From assembly GCA_963674695.2 (NCBI GenBank), contig CAXXGI010000001.1, forward strand, positions 576,001 to 640,000: 64,000 nucleotides of DNA. The letters are read 5' to 3'. Numbering within the stretch: position 1 is the stretch's first letter; each line of letters opens with the position of its first letter. A program made the position numbers and the translations under genes. The DNA comes from a bacterium. GTDB lineage: Bacteria; UBA10199; 2-02-FULL-44-16; JAAZCA01. The notes under the pieces are model-generated. The model saw nothing but the letters and a program-made list of their open reading frames with translations, did not search any database and was not told the origin of the DNA. Of the stretch, positions 11,363 to 20,440 are shown in pieces.

Positions 11363-11926
11363 TCACATCGACCGCGATTTTCCCATGGCCAATCCCACGC
11401 ACATCCCCTTCATACACTTGAATCCCTCGAAGGCCTGGAACCGGCAGGGAATGGCCGGGCACATGGGGCCATACCAATCATCCGGATCGCAGTATTGATT
11501 GTTGGATTTCTCACGCTTGTCCCGCTCGGAGATGCTCACGACAAACGGCGTGCACGCCGCAGCACACATGCAGCTGTTCTCACCCTTCGGCACATTCTCG
11601 TATTTGCTGAAGGAACAATCGCTGGCCGATTTGCACGGATACTCGGAGAAAATCGCGTTGAACTGCACCTGCCCTTCGGTCTTTTCATAGCGCACGTCGC
11701 CCTGCTTATAGTCGACCGTCGGCGCCGGCTTTGGCAACGCGGCCATCGGGGCAGACCCAGATGCGGCCGGCGCACCTGGTGCCGCTTCCGCTGGAGCCGC
11801 GGCTGCATCCGTCGCGGGAAGCGGCTCATCTATCGACGACGGTCCATGACAGCCGATCACACAACCGACGAGAGCGATGCCCAGGATGAACATTGCCGTT
11901 TGACCCCTTGCCAACGCACGCTTCAT
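11363..11926 (-). CDS. Cys-rich lipoprotein, paralogue 2
   Basis: Lipobox VIGC; same YPCK..DC.F.K.EN.PK.EN.C.C...[30 protein letters not shown] pattern. Confidence 0.75.
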   Translation of the reverse strand: MKRALARGQTAMFILGIALVGCVIGCHGPSSIDEPLPATDAAAAPAEAAPGAPAASGSAPMAALPKPAPTVDYKQGDVRYEKTEGQVQFNAIFSEYPCKSASDCSFSKYENVPKGENSCMCAAACTPFVVSISERDKREKSNNQYCDPDDWYGPMCPAIPCRFQAFEGFKCMKGMCVGLAMGKSRSM

Positions 11927-12109
11927 ACGTCCTCCTTAGTGTTCCCGTAAAATAGACCAGGACCGGATCGACTTCAACTTCAATCGGGCCCTTTTTCAAG
12001 ACCAACCCATTATCCGACACCGCCAAGACGTCCCCGCCTTGACAGAAGGTCACTCAATCCCTATTTTAAGAGAAATTGAACGTCACCAACACCCACTGCG
12101 AGGATCCCC

Positions 12110-12640
12110 ATGAAGCTCTCTACCGCCATCATCATCATCGTCGCCCTGATCGTCGCGGCCATCTGTATCGTCAAGTACAACACCCTCTCCGATTACGACG
12201 AAGCGGCCGAGAAGTCATTTGCCCCGCTGACCAGTTTTCTGCAGGAACGCTATCAGGCCGTGCCGCGACTGGTCAGCTCGATCGTCCTCTATACCGGCAA
12301 GGAGGATCGCGAAGTCAAGCAGCTCAATGAAGCCTACAAAGCCTATACCCAGGCGACGACAATGCAGCAGCGCGTGGAGACGAGCGCCACACTGGAAGCC
12401 ACACTCATGAACACGAAGCAACAGATCATGGATCGCTATCCGGGAATTTCCAGCAACTATCAGTTCAACTCGATCGCCAAGACGATCGCACAGGCCGGGA
12501 ATGACCTGATGGGACCGCTGGGCGCCTACAACACAGCGGCGAGCACCTACAACTCCTATGTGCGTCGCTTCCCCAACAACATCGTCGGCGCGATCTTCAT
12601 GTTTCCATCGCGCTATCCGTACTTCAAGCGTGAAAGCTAA
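12110..12640 (+). CDS. lemA: LemA family protein
   Basis: N-terminal TM, YN, LQERYQAVPRLV, YPGISSNYQF, YNTAASTYNSYVRRFPNNIV. Divergent member. Confidence 0.8.
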   Translation: MKLSTAIIIIVALIVAAICIVKYNTLSDYDEAAEKSFAPLTSFLQERYQAVPRLVSSIVLYTGKEDREVKQLNEAYKAYTQATTMQQRVETSATLEATLMNTKQQIMDRYPGISSNYQFNSIAKTIAQAGNDLMGPLGAYNTAASTYNSYVRRFPNNIVGAIFMFPSRYPYFKRES

Positions 12641-12659
12641 TGTGCACGTTGGCATAAAT

Positions 12660-12691
12660 AAAAAACCCCCGGTCGAACCGGGGGTTTTTTT
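12660..12691. terminator. Rho-independent terminator (bidirectional-type) after lemA
   Basis: AAAAAACCCCCGGT-CGA-ACCGGGGGTTTTTTT. Confidence 0.9.
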
Positions 12692-12732
12692 ATTGAAGCG
12701 TAGAACGTTTCGCCGGAAAAGCCCTTGTCGTC

Positions 12733-12748
12733 CGGCATGTGGACTGCT
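12733..12748 (+). promoter_or_regulatory. Possible sigma54 -24/-12 promoter
   Basis: CGGCATGTGGACTGCT keeps the GG-N10-GC spacing, 28 nt before the GDH-like ATG; imperfect match to TGGCAC-N5-TTGCW. Confidence 0.45.
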
Positions 12749-12776
12749 ATTCGAAGGATGTTCCTGAGGGCACCCT

Positions 12777-14066
12777 ATGCAGCCCAACGAGATGCACAGC
12801 ACGATGTCCCGTTCGGCCGATTCGCTGGCCAACGTCATGGCTGAATTCGATGCAGCGGCAAAGCATCTGCACCTCGATCCTGACAGCATCGCCTCGATTC
12901 GCGAACCGCGATGTGCCATGCGATTGGCACTTCCGGTGCGCACCGACGACGGCCACATTCGGGTCCTGCGAGCCTACCACACCATCCACTCCCGCATGCG
13001 CGGCCCCTCGATCGGTGGCGTCCAGTTTCGACCGGACGTCGACCCACACACGGTCGAAGCGCTCGCCTTCTGGTCTTCTCACCGCTGCGCCCTGGTGGGC
13101 ATCCCTTTCGGCGGGAGCTCCGGCGCCATCGATTGCGATCCACGCCAATTCAGCCTCGGTGAACTCGAACGCATCACCCGGCGCTACATCGCTGAACTCG
13201 CGCACGTCATCGGCCCCAATCGCAACATTTTGACAGCGGACATCGGCACCAACCAGCAGATCATGTGCTGGGCGATGGACACCTATTCGATGAACCACAA
13301 CGACTACACCCCGGCCGTCGTAACGGGAAAACCAGCCGATCTCGGAGGATCAGCGTTGACGGTCGCACCGGCCGCAATCGGGGCTGAGATCTGCATCCGC
13401 AAGGCCTGCGCCCACATCGGCCTTGCGCTGGAAGGCGCGCGCGTCGCCATTCAGGGGTTCGGCAAGGTCGGCATGACGATCGCAAAGCTCCTCGCCGCCC
13501 GTGGGGCGAAGATCATCGCCATCGCCGATATCAGCGGCGCCTACATCAACGAAGACGGCATCGAGATCGACGAGATCATCTGGCACCAGCAGTCCTACGG
13601 CATCCTCGACGGACTCGAGGGCGAGGCGGATGTCGAACGCCTCCCCGATCCGAAGGATATCTTTGCCCTTCCCGTCGACATCCTGGTTCCGGCCGCCGTC
13701 GAGCTGCAGATCACCGAGCTGAATGCGGCAGCGGTGCAAGCCCGCATCATCGCTGAAATCGCCCATGACCCGGTCTCGCCCGAAGCCGATCGGATGCTCA
13801 CCGAGCGCGGCGTTTTCATCATTCCGGACGTCCTGTGCAACGCCGGCGGCGTTATCGGATCATACCTGGAATGGGTCCAGAATCGGATGGGATATGTCTG
13901 GGACGCCGAGCGCGTCGAACAGGCCCTCGCACAGCTACTCGAACAGGCGTTCGATACCGCGGTGAAAACAGCTCAGCGCGAACAGATCCCCCTGCGCCTG
14001 GCCGCTGCTGTCCTGGCGGTCAAACGTATCGTCCAGGCATCGACGATGAGGGGGGCCTATGCTTGA
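12777..14066 (+). CDS. Glu/Leu/Phe/Val dehydrogenase homologue with degenerate active site (probable pseudoenzyme)
   Basis: GDH fold motifs retained (VVTGKP..LGGS, IQGFGKVG, IPDVLCNAGGV..SYLEWVQN). Changed motifs: GPxKGG to GPSIGG, MTxK to SSHR, GGxKGG to GGSSGA. Confidence 0.88.
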   Translation: MQPNEMHSTMSRSADSLANVMAEFDAAAKHLHLDPDSIASIREPRCAMRLALPVRTDDGHIRVLRAYHTIHSRMRGPSIGGVQFRPDVDPHTVEALAFWSSHRCALVGIPFGGSSGAIDCDPRQFSLGELERITRRYIAELAHVIGPNRNILTADIGTNQQIMCWAMDTYSMNHNDYTPAVVTGKPADLGGSALTVAPAAIGAEICIRKACAHIGLALEGARVAIQGFGKVGMTIAKLLAARGAKIIAIADISGAYINEDGIEIDEIIWHQQSYGILDGLEGEADVERLPDPKDIFALPVDILVPAAVELQITELNAAAVQARIIAEIAHDPVSPEADRMLTERGVFIIPDVLCNAGGVIGSYLEWVQNRMGYVWDAERVEQALAQLLEQAFDTAVKTAQREQIPLRLAAAVLAVKRIVQASTMRGAYA

Positions 14067-15825
14067 GACGCCGCCGATTCAGATTGGGGAAGGTTCGCTT
14101 GGCGGAAAGGGCAAGGGCATCGTGCGCGTGATCGAAGCGATCGCCGCGCTCAAAGCCGACGGCACGGATGCAGCACTTGCCGAACGCATCGCCGTTCCGC
14201 GCACGGCATTTCTGGCCACCGACATCTATCGCGACTTCATCGCCCATAATGAATTCGAAGCACTCATCGCACAGACCAAGACCGCCGAAGCAATCGACAC
14301 GGAAACAATCGCCCCGCGTTTTCTGGGCGGCCAGTTTCCTCAACCAATCGTAGCAGCGTTGCAGAAACTGTTGAAGCAATTTGAAAAACCCCTGGCTGTG
14401 CGCTCGTCCTCACTACTCGAAGACCAAAAAGGTGCCTCGTTCGCTGGAAAATACGAATCCGTCTTCGTCGCCAACACGGGATCACCTCAAGAACGCCTCG
14501 AAGCGCTGCTCGCGGCCATCACGACCGTCTATGCCTCGACCTTCAATCCGAATGCCTTGGCGTATCGCCGCAAGCACGGGTTTCTCGACGACCGCGAGGA
14601 GATGGCGATCGTCATCCAGGAAGTGGTGGGACAATCCTTCGGACGTTATTTCTTCCCCGCCCTCTCCGGCGTCGGCTTCTCCCAGAACGGCTACTGTTGG
14701 AACAAGAACATCAAGAAACACGACGGATTGGTGCGACTCGTCTTCGGCCTGGGAACCCGCGCGGTGGGCCGCGGATACGTGCGGCTCTTCTCACCGCCGG
14801 CTCCGGAGATGCGACCGGAGGGGAATGAAGTCAACAACATCCAGAAGTGCAGCCAGAAGAAGGTGGATGTCATTGATCTCGAGAAGGGTTGTTTTGCCTC
14901 GGTCCACTTTCGCAAGCTCATCACCGATGGATTCACCTGCCCCCCCGGCACACAATTATTCGTCTCCCTCCGAGACGGCGGCTATCTCTACCGCCCTGTC
15001 TCCAATCTCTGGGATTCCTCGCACGTTCCGGTACTCACGCTCGATGGCGTGCTCTCCGGCATGTGGATGGGGATCAATGTGCCGAAGACCCTGGGCTGGA
15101 TCCTGCGCGAGTTGGAGACGCGCATGGGATGTGCCATCGACATGGAATTCGCCATCGACGTCGACAGCCAAAAACAACGCGCCAACATCTTCATCGTCCA
15201 GGCGCGCCCACTCTCTGAACGAGAAAACCAAAAGCCGGAACCGATCCCGAAGCTGCCCGCGAATGACATCCTCTTCACGGTGCACCGCAACCTGCCCACA
15301 GCAACCGTTCCCGACATCGACCTGCTCGTCGCGGTCAACGAAACGCGCTATCACGAATGGCCCGCCGACGACCGGCAGAGCGTTGCCCGCGTCATCGGCG
15401 CCCTCAACGACCTGCTGGCGAAGAAACGTTTTGCGCTGATCGGACCCGGCCGCTGGGGCTCCTGGAATCCCCAGCTCGGTGTCCCCGTGAGCTACGCCGA
15501 GATCGCGGGCACCGTACTGCTCATCGAAGTGGCCCGAAGAAAAGCGACCTACGTCCCGGAGGTTTCGTTCGGTTCGCACTTCTTCCAGGATCTGATCGAA
15601 GACAACATCGCCTACCTCCCGCTCTATCCGGATGAACCGAACGAAACATTCAACGAGAAGATCCTTCAGCTTCCTTCCTGTTTCCCCACGCTCCTCCCCG
15701 ACCCGTATTTTCGAAAGTTCGATGAGCTGATCACCGTTATCGATGTCGCAGCCCAGGCCGGTGGCCGCAAGGCCCATGCGATTCTGAACGGCGAAACGGA
15801 GGAGGCAATCGTCTTCCTCCGTTAG
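14059..15825 (+). CDS. PEP/pyruvate-binding (PPDK_N, ATP-grasp) domain protein
   Basis: GGKGKG, LAVRSSSLLED...SFAGKYES, MAIVIQEVVG, FGLGTRAV, DMEFA, IVQARP, GPGRWGS, SFGSHFFQDL. No GGxTSHAA swivel domain and no PEP TIM barrel. Confidence 0.88.
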   Translation: MLETPPIQIGEGSLGGKGKGIVRVIEAIAALKADGTDAALAERIAVPRTAFLATDIYRDFIAHNEFEALIAQTKTAEAIDTETIAPRFLGGQFPQPIVAALQKLLKQFEKPLAVRSSSLLEDQKGASFAGKYESVFVANTGSPQERLEALLAAITTVYASTFNPNALAYRRKHGFLDDREEMAIVIQEVVGQSFGRYFFPALSGVGFSQNGYCWNKNIKKHDGLVRLVFGLGTRAVGRGYVRLFSPPAPEMRPEGNEVNNIQKCSQKKVDVIDLEKGCFASVHFRKLITDGFTCPPGTQLFVSLRDGGYLYRPVSNLWDSSHVPVLTLDGVLSGMWMGINVPKTLGWILRELETRMGCAIDMEFAIDVDSQKQRANIFIVQARPLSERENQKPEPIPKLPANDILFTVHRNLPTATVPDIDLLVAVNETRYHEWPADDRQSVARVIGALNDLLAKKRFALIGPGRWGSWNPQLGVPVSYAEIAGTVLLIEVARRKATYVPEVSFGSHFFQDLIEDNIAYLPLYPDEPNETFNEKILQLPSCFPTLLPDPYFRKFDELITVIDVAAQAGGRKAHAILNGETEEAIVFLR

Positions 15826-15898
15826 CGCCCATCAGGCGAGTGTTGCATTGACCCGCCGCTATCAGCTATCATTGGACTTCGAGCAAAGGGGGGCACCC

Positions 15899-16288
15899 AT
15901 GGGAAACAAGCGCATCCTGGTGGTTGAGGACGAACCGGATCTGGCCGATCTGCTCATCCAATATTTAAAACATGAAGGCTATTCCATCATGGTCGCCCTG
16001 GATGGAAAGGATGGCCTGGAACGCGCCAAGGAAGAGCATCCGGATCTGATCATCACCGACGTGATGATGCCCAAGCTCGATGGCTTTCACCTCTGTCGCC
16101 TGCTCAAGTTCGATGCCAACTTCAAGAATATCCCGATCATCATGCTGACTTCGCGCGGAGAGGGCGAAGCCAAGCAGACGGGCACGAGCGTCGGCGCAGA
16201 TGCCTACCTCACCAAACCATTCGAGAGCGAGGAACTCCTCGCGACGATCCGGAAGCTCCTCGGCGAGGATGAAATCAAGGAAGGATAG
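15899..16288 (+). CDS. Stand-alone response regulator receiver
   Basis: ILVVEDE, IITDVMMPKLDG, IIMLTS, YLTKPF; no output domain. Confidence 0.93.
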   Translation: MGNKRILVVEDEPDLADLLIQYLKHEGYSIMVALDGKDGLERAKEEHPDLIITDVMMPKLDGFHLCRLLKFDANFKNIPIIMLTSRGEGEAKQTGTSVGADAYLTKPFESEELLATIRKLLGEDEIKEG

Positions 16289-16361
16289 ACCATCCCAAAG
16301 AAAACTCGTGTAAGGGGCGCCTGCGAAGAAAGCGCTCCAGGGTGATGACAAACCTTGGTTT

Positions 16362-16459
16362 TGTCATCCCCGCCCCCGATTCAACCATTCGAGGGCAGGC
16401 TCCAGCGGGGATCTCGATGTACCGTATAAAGCGAGATTCCCGCTTTCGCGGGAATGACA
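16362..16459. repeat. REP-like doublet, copy 2, with nested insert in the first hairpin
   Basis: TGTCATCCCCGC[CCCCGATTCAACCATTCGAGGGCAGGCTCCA]GCGGGGATCTCG...CGAGATTCCCGCTTTCGCGGGAATGACA. Confidence 0.85.
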
Positions 16460-16487
16460 ACATGAAATGACTTAATCAGCAGTCTGA

Positions 16488-16517
16488 GAGCGCCGACGCA
16501 TGCGGCGCTCCTTTTTT
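16488..16517 (+). terminator. Rho-independent terminator
   Basis: GAGCGCCG-ACGCATG-CGGCGCTC-CTTTTTT. Confidence 0.7.
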
Positions 16518-17739
16518 ATGACGTGAACGCCTCTGCAGGATTCCGGCCCGCCGCGCGCAAGCGACGAATATCGGCGGTGAGTTTCGGCAAGATATCAAAG
16601 AGATCTCCGACCAAACCGTAATCGGCCAGCCGAAAGATCGGGGCATGCGGATCGCGATTGATGGCGAGCAGCTTTTCCGACGTCTTCATCCCGACGATAT
16701 GCTGAATGGCACCCGAGATGCCGACGGCGACGTAGAGTTTCGGACAGACCGTCTTGCCCGTCTGACCGATCTGATTGGCATAGTCGATCCAGCCTTTGTC
16801 GACCGCTGAACGTGTGGCGCCGACCGCGCCGCCGAGGGCATCGGCCAAGTCCTGAATCAATGCAAAGTTCTCCGGGTTTCCCAACCCCCCGCCGCCGGAG
16901 ACGATGATATCGGCATCGACCAGATTCACCCCGATCCCCTCGCGCACAATCGATTCGACCACCTTCACCCGCGAGACGAGCGATCGCTCCGGAACGGAGA
17001 CCGCGATCACCTCGCCGCTACGGCCGGCCTGTGCTTCTGCCTCGCGCATCACCTTATAGCGCACGGTGGCCATCTGAGGACGATGCCGACGCGTGACGAT
17101 CGTCGCCATGATGTTGCCACCGAAGGCCGGACGCGTCTGCGCCAGATGCCCCGCCGCATCGATGTGCAGCTCGGTGCAATCGGCGGTGAGCCCCGTACGC
17201 AACTCGGCCGCCACGCGAGGGATGAATGCGCGCCCAACGGGAGTCGCGCCGGCCAGGATGATCTCCGGCTTCTGCTGGGCAGCCAACGCCGCAAGCGCCG
17301 TCCCATAAAGGTCGTCTCGAAAATCGGCCACCTTTGGATCGTCGAGCAGATAGACGCGGTCGGCCCCGCGCGCAATGAGTTCATCGGCGAGCGAAGTGAC
17401 GCCATCGCCAAAGAGTACGGCGGCAAGAAACGTATCGCGAGCATCGGCGAGTTTGCGCCCTTCACCCAAGAGTTCAAAGGAGACCCGGTGGAGGCTGCCC
17501 CGACACTGTTCGGCAAAGACCCAAACGCCCTGATACGCCGAAAGATCCGGCGTCTCCATGTGTGGCATTTCGAAACGAATGGCATGATACGGACAGACCG
17601 AGACGCACGCGGTACAGAGCGTGCACACATCCTCATCGATAGCCGCACACCCCTCGACGAGACGAATCGCTTCGACCGGGCACTCATTCAGACAGAGGCC
17701 ACAGCCCGTACACTTGGCTTTGATTATTTCGATGCCCAT
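16516..17739 (-). CDS. etfA: Electron transfer flavoprotein alpha subunit with N-terminal 2x[4Fe-4S] ferredoxin
   Basis: CTGCGLCLNECP and CTLCTACVSVCP; TGLTADCT, TRPAFGGNIMATI, QIGQTGKTVCPKLYVAVGISGAIQH. Confidence 0.95.
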   Translation of the reverse strand: MGIEIIKAKCTGCGLCLNECPVEAIRLVEGCAAIDEDVCTLCTACVSVCPYHAIRFEMPHMETPDLSAYQGVWVFAEQCRGSLHRVSFELLGEGRKLADARDTFLAAVLFGDGVTSLADELIARGADRVYLLDDPKVADFRDDLYGTALAALAAQQKPEIILAGATPVGRAFIPRVAAELRTGLTADCTELHIDAAGHLAQTRPAFGGNIMATIVTRRHRPQMATVRYKVMREAEAQAGRSGEVIAVSVPERSLVSRVKVVESIVREGIGVNLVDADIIVSGGGGLGNPENFALIQDLADALGGAVGATRSAVDKGWIDYANQIGQTGKTVCPKLYVAVGISGAIQHIVGMKTSEKLLAINRDPHAPIFRLADYGLVGDLFDILPKLTADIRRLRAAGRNPAEAFTS

Positions 17740-18521
17740 AGTTCCTTCAACTCTTGCTGCAGACTCTGTGCGATGTGAGCAATATTCGCCTCCGTCGCCA
17801 CGAGCGGCTCACTCCCCTGACGCATCGGTGGCGTAAAGATGCGGTCGACCCAGGTGGGCGAACCCTCGAGACCAAGGCGCTGGAGATCGCAACCAATATC
17901 CACCGCACTCCAAACGGGAATATTCGAACGCTTCGCCCGCACCTTCCCCATAAACGAGGTATAGCGCGGTGTGCTGATCTCTTTGACGACCGAGAGCAGG
18001 CACGGCAGCGGCAGGCGCACGATATCGTGGCCGCATTCCGTCATGCGCTCCACGACGACGTGTCGCGGGCCCACCTCCTGCACGCGACGGACGAAGGCGG
18101 CCTGCGGCAGGAGCAGATGCACCGCGATCCCCGGACCCACTTGCGCGGTATCGCCGTCGGAGGCCTGCTTGCCCGTCAGGATCAGATCGAAGGCACCGTG
18201 ATGGATGATTGCCCGAGCCAATGCATAGCTGGTCGCAAGCGTGTCGCTGCCGGCAAAGGCACGATCAGAGATGAGCACCGCATCGTCCGCCCCCATGGCG
18301 ATCGCCTCTTCGAGCGCCACCCGCGCCTGCGGTGGACCCATGGTGAGGACCGTCACGCGCCCCCCGTGCGCTTCGCGCAGGCGCAGCCCCTCTTCGATGG
18401 CATAGAGATCGAACGGATTGATGATCGAGCGCACCCCATCGCGCACGAGCGTGTTCGTCTGCGGATTGATCTTCACATCCGTCGTATCGGGAACCTGTTT
18501 GATGCAGACAATGATATCCAT
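17724..18521 (-). CDS. etfB: Electron transfer flavoprotein beta subunit
   Basis: MDIIVCIKQVPDT, INPFDLYAIE, FAGSDTLATS, GKQASDGDTAQVGP, GLEGSPTWV. Confidence 0.95.
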   Translation of the reverse strand: MDIIVCIKQVPDTTDVKINPQTNTLVRDGVRSIINPFDLYAIEEGLRLREAHGGRVTVLTMGPPQARVALEEAIAMGADDAVLISDRAFAGSDTLATSYALARAIIHHGAFDLILTGKQASDGDTAQVGPGIAVHLLLPQAAFVRRVQEVGPRHVVVERMTECGHDIVRLPLPCLLSVVKEISTPRYTSFMGKVRAKRSNIPVWSAVDIGCDLQRLGLEGSPTWVDRIFTPPMRQGSEPLVATEANIAHIAQSLQQELKELWASK

Positions 18522-18641
18522 AAAAATTAAAAAGGAAAAATATGAAATGAAAAACACAGACCAAAAATAAAAGATAAAGTCGTAAAATTTTTCATTTTTG
18601 ATTTGTGTATTTCATTTTTCATTTCCTATTTTTCATTTTGA
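18522..18641. repeat. AT-rich imperfect inverted repeat built of heptamer-like units (AAAAATG/CATTTTT)
   Basis: A-rich left arm (..TGAAATGAAAAACACAGACCAAAAATAAAA) is complementary to the T-rich right arm (TTTTCATTTTTGATTTGTGTATTTCATTTTTCA..). Confidence 0.7.
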
Positions 18642-18643
18642 AA

Positions 18644-20290
18644 TCACATTCCCTTGTAATTCGGTCCGCCGCCGCCCTCGGGGGGAACCCAGGTGACGAT
18701 CTTGTACGGATCCTTGATATCGCACGTCTTGCAGTGCACGCAGTTGGACGGGTTCAGGTGGAGGCGTGTGACGCCATCGGCCTCCTCGACCATTTCGAAG
18801 ACGCCCGCGGGACAGAAGAACTGACACGGATTGCCGTACTCCTGCTTGCAACGCCCGTTACAGATGGAGGTGTCATCGACCAGGATGTGACAGGGCTGGT
18901 CCTCCTCGTGTTTCGTACCGGAAGCAAAGACACAGGTCGTGCGATCGAAAGTCACCTTGTCATCCGGAACGAAGGGCGGCTCTTTGTGTGCCTTCACCTG
19001 GCTGAGCTCTTTCGTGCAGTCCGCATCCGAAGGCACCGGAATGCGATCGTGCAATCCCCGACCGCCGGTGAGGATACCCAGACTCGCATTGATCATCCCG
19101 CCGATGAGCCCCCCGTGAAATCCCTGGTGAAAATTGCGCGCAAGCTTGAGTCCCTTCGCCATCCAACTTCCCCGCACGCGTTCATCATAGACCGAGAGTT
19201 TTGCTGCCGAACAGTCATCCACACGCAACGCATCGATCGCCGTCTCGGCAGCCAGCATCCCCGACTTCATCGCCAAATCGATCCCCTTGAGCTTCATGGC
19301 GTTCAAAAACCCGGCGCTCTCGCCGATGATGAGGAATCCATCGCCATAGGTTCGCGGAATGCAGTAGAACCCCCCCTCCGCGATCGTGCGCGCGCCATAG
19401 GAGAGCATGCGGCCGCTCTCGAAAAGCGGTCGAATCGCCGGGTGCGCCTTCCAGCGCTGAAAGAGCTCGTAGGGATAGGTGCGCGGATCCTTCCAATCGA
19501 GCGAGACCACGAGCCCCGCCGCCACATGCCGATCGCGCAGATGATAGATGAAACTCCCGCCAAAGGTCTTCGCGTCCAGCGGATGGCCCATCGTGTTGAC
19601 GATGGTCCCCTCCCGGAAATGCTTCGGGTCCACCTCCCAGAGTTCCTTGATTCCCACCGCATACCCCTGAGGCAGGCAGTGTTCATCGAGCCCCTGTGAT
19701 TCGACGAGGCGCCGCGTCAAGTGTCCGCGCGCGCCCTCGCCCAGCACGACAATGCGCGCGCCGATATCGGTCGGGGGCAGGTAGTTCGACTTCTGCTTAC
19801 CCTCCTTATCGCACCCCTTCCCCTTGATGCGCACACCGATCACGGCCCCGCGTTCATCCTGGATAAGTTCATCGACCGCCTCACCGGAAAAGATCTCGAC
19901 CCCTTCGGCCTCGCAATGGCCGCCCAGCCATCGCACGAACTCCGCCAGCGAGATAATATACTTGCCGTGGTTGGACATCGGCGGCGGAACGAGGGGTGCG
20001 GGGATGTGATGATTGCGCGTCAGATACCAGAGGCGCTCACGGCTCACCTTCGTGCCGAAGGGGATGTCGCGACTGCGCCAATCGGGCATCAGTTCGGCCA
20101 GCGCTCGCGGGTCAAGCGCCGCGCCCGAGAGCGAATGATCACCCAGATTTGGCGCCTTCTCGATGACGGCCACCGTCATGCCGGAGAGCTTCGGATCTGT
20201 CTTGGCCAGACGTTTGAGATGCAGCGCACCGGCGAGCGATGCCGGCCCGCCGCCGACAAAGATGACATCGAAGGAAAGTTCAAAGGACAT
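18644..20290 (-). CDS. ETF:quinone oxidoreductase (FixC+FixX-like, single chain)
   Basis: DVIFVGGGPA, HSLSGA, GIKELWE, GGSFIYH, GESAGFLNAMKLKGIDLAMKSG, HEEDQPCH, CPAGVFE, NCVHCKTCDIKDP. Confidence 0.93.
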   Translation of the reverse strand: MSFELSFDVIFVGGGPASLAGALHLKRLAKTDPKLSGMTVAVIEKAPNLGDHSLSGAALDPRALAELMPDWRSRDIPFGTKVSRERLWYLTRNHHIPAPLVPPPMSNHGKYIISLAEFVRWLGGHCEAEGVEIFSGEAVDELIQDERGAVIGVRIKGKGCDKEGKQKSNYLPPTDIGARIVVLGEGARGHLTRRLVESQGLDEHCLPQGYAVGIKELWEVDPKHFREGTIVNTMGHPLDAKTFGGSFIYHLRDRHVAAGLVVSLDWKDPRTYPYELFQRWKAHPAIRPLFESGRMLSYGARTIAEGGFYCIPRTYGDGFLIIGESAGFLNAMKLKGIDLAMKSGMLAAETAIDALRVDDCSAAKLSVYDERVRGSWMAKGLKLARNFHQGFHGGLIGGMINASLGILTGGRGLHDRIPVPSDADCTKELSQVKAHKEPPFVPDDKVTFDRTTCVFASGTKHEEDQPCHILVDDTSICNGRCKQEYGNPCQFFCPAGVFEMVEEADGVTRLHLNPSNCVHCKTCDIKDPYKIVTWVPPEGGGGPNYKGM

Positions 20291-20440
20291 GCCCCATCCC
20301 CCCTGGAATTCTTAAGCCGCAGCAGCATAGATGGTCGAAAGCCTTCGGTCAAGAAGAGCCCCACTAGGAACCGACATCAAAATCTGCTAGAATGCGGGCA
20401 CCTCAAAAAACTCAATTTTTGATGTCGCCTCCCGGGGAAA

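Noticed and set aside
12777-14066. Calling the GDH-like gene gdhA or a pseudogene
   Set aside because: Catalytic lysines are absent, so not a normal GDH. The frame is intact, structural motifs are kept and it is coupled to the next gene, so decay is not evident.
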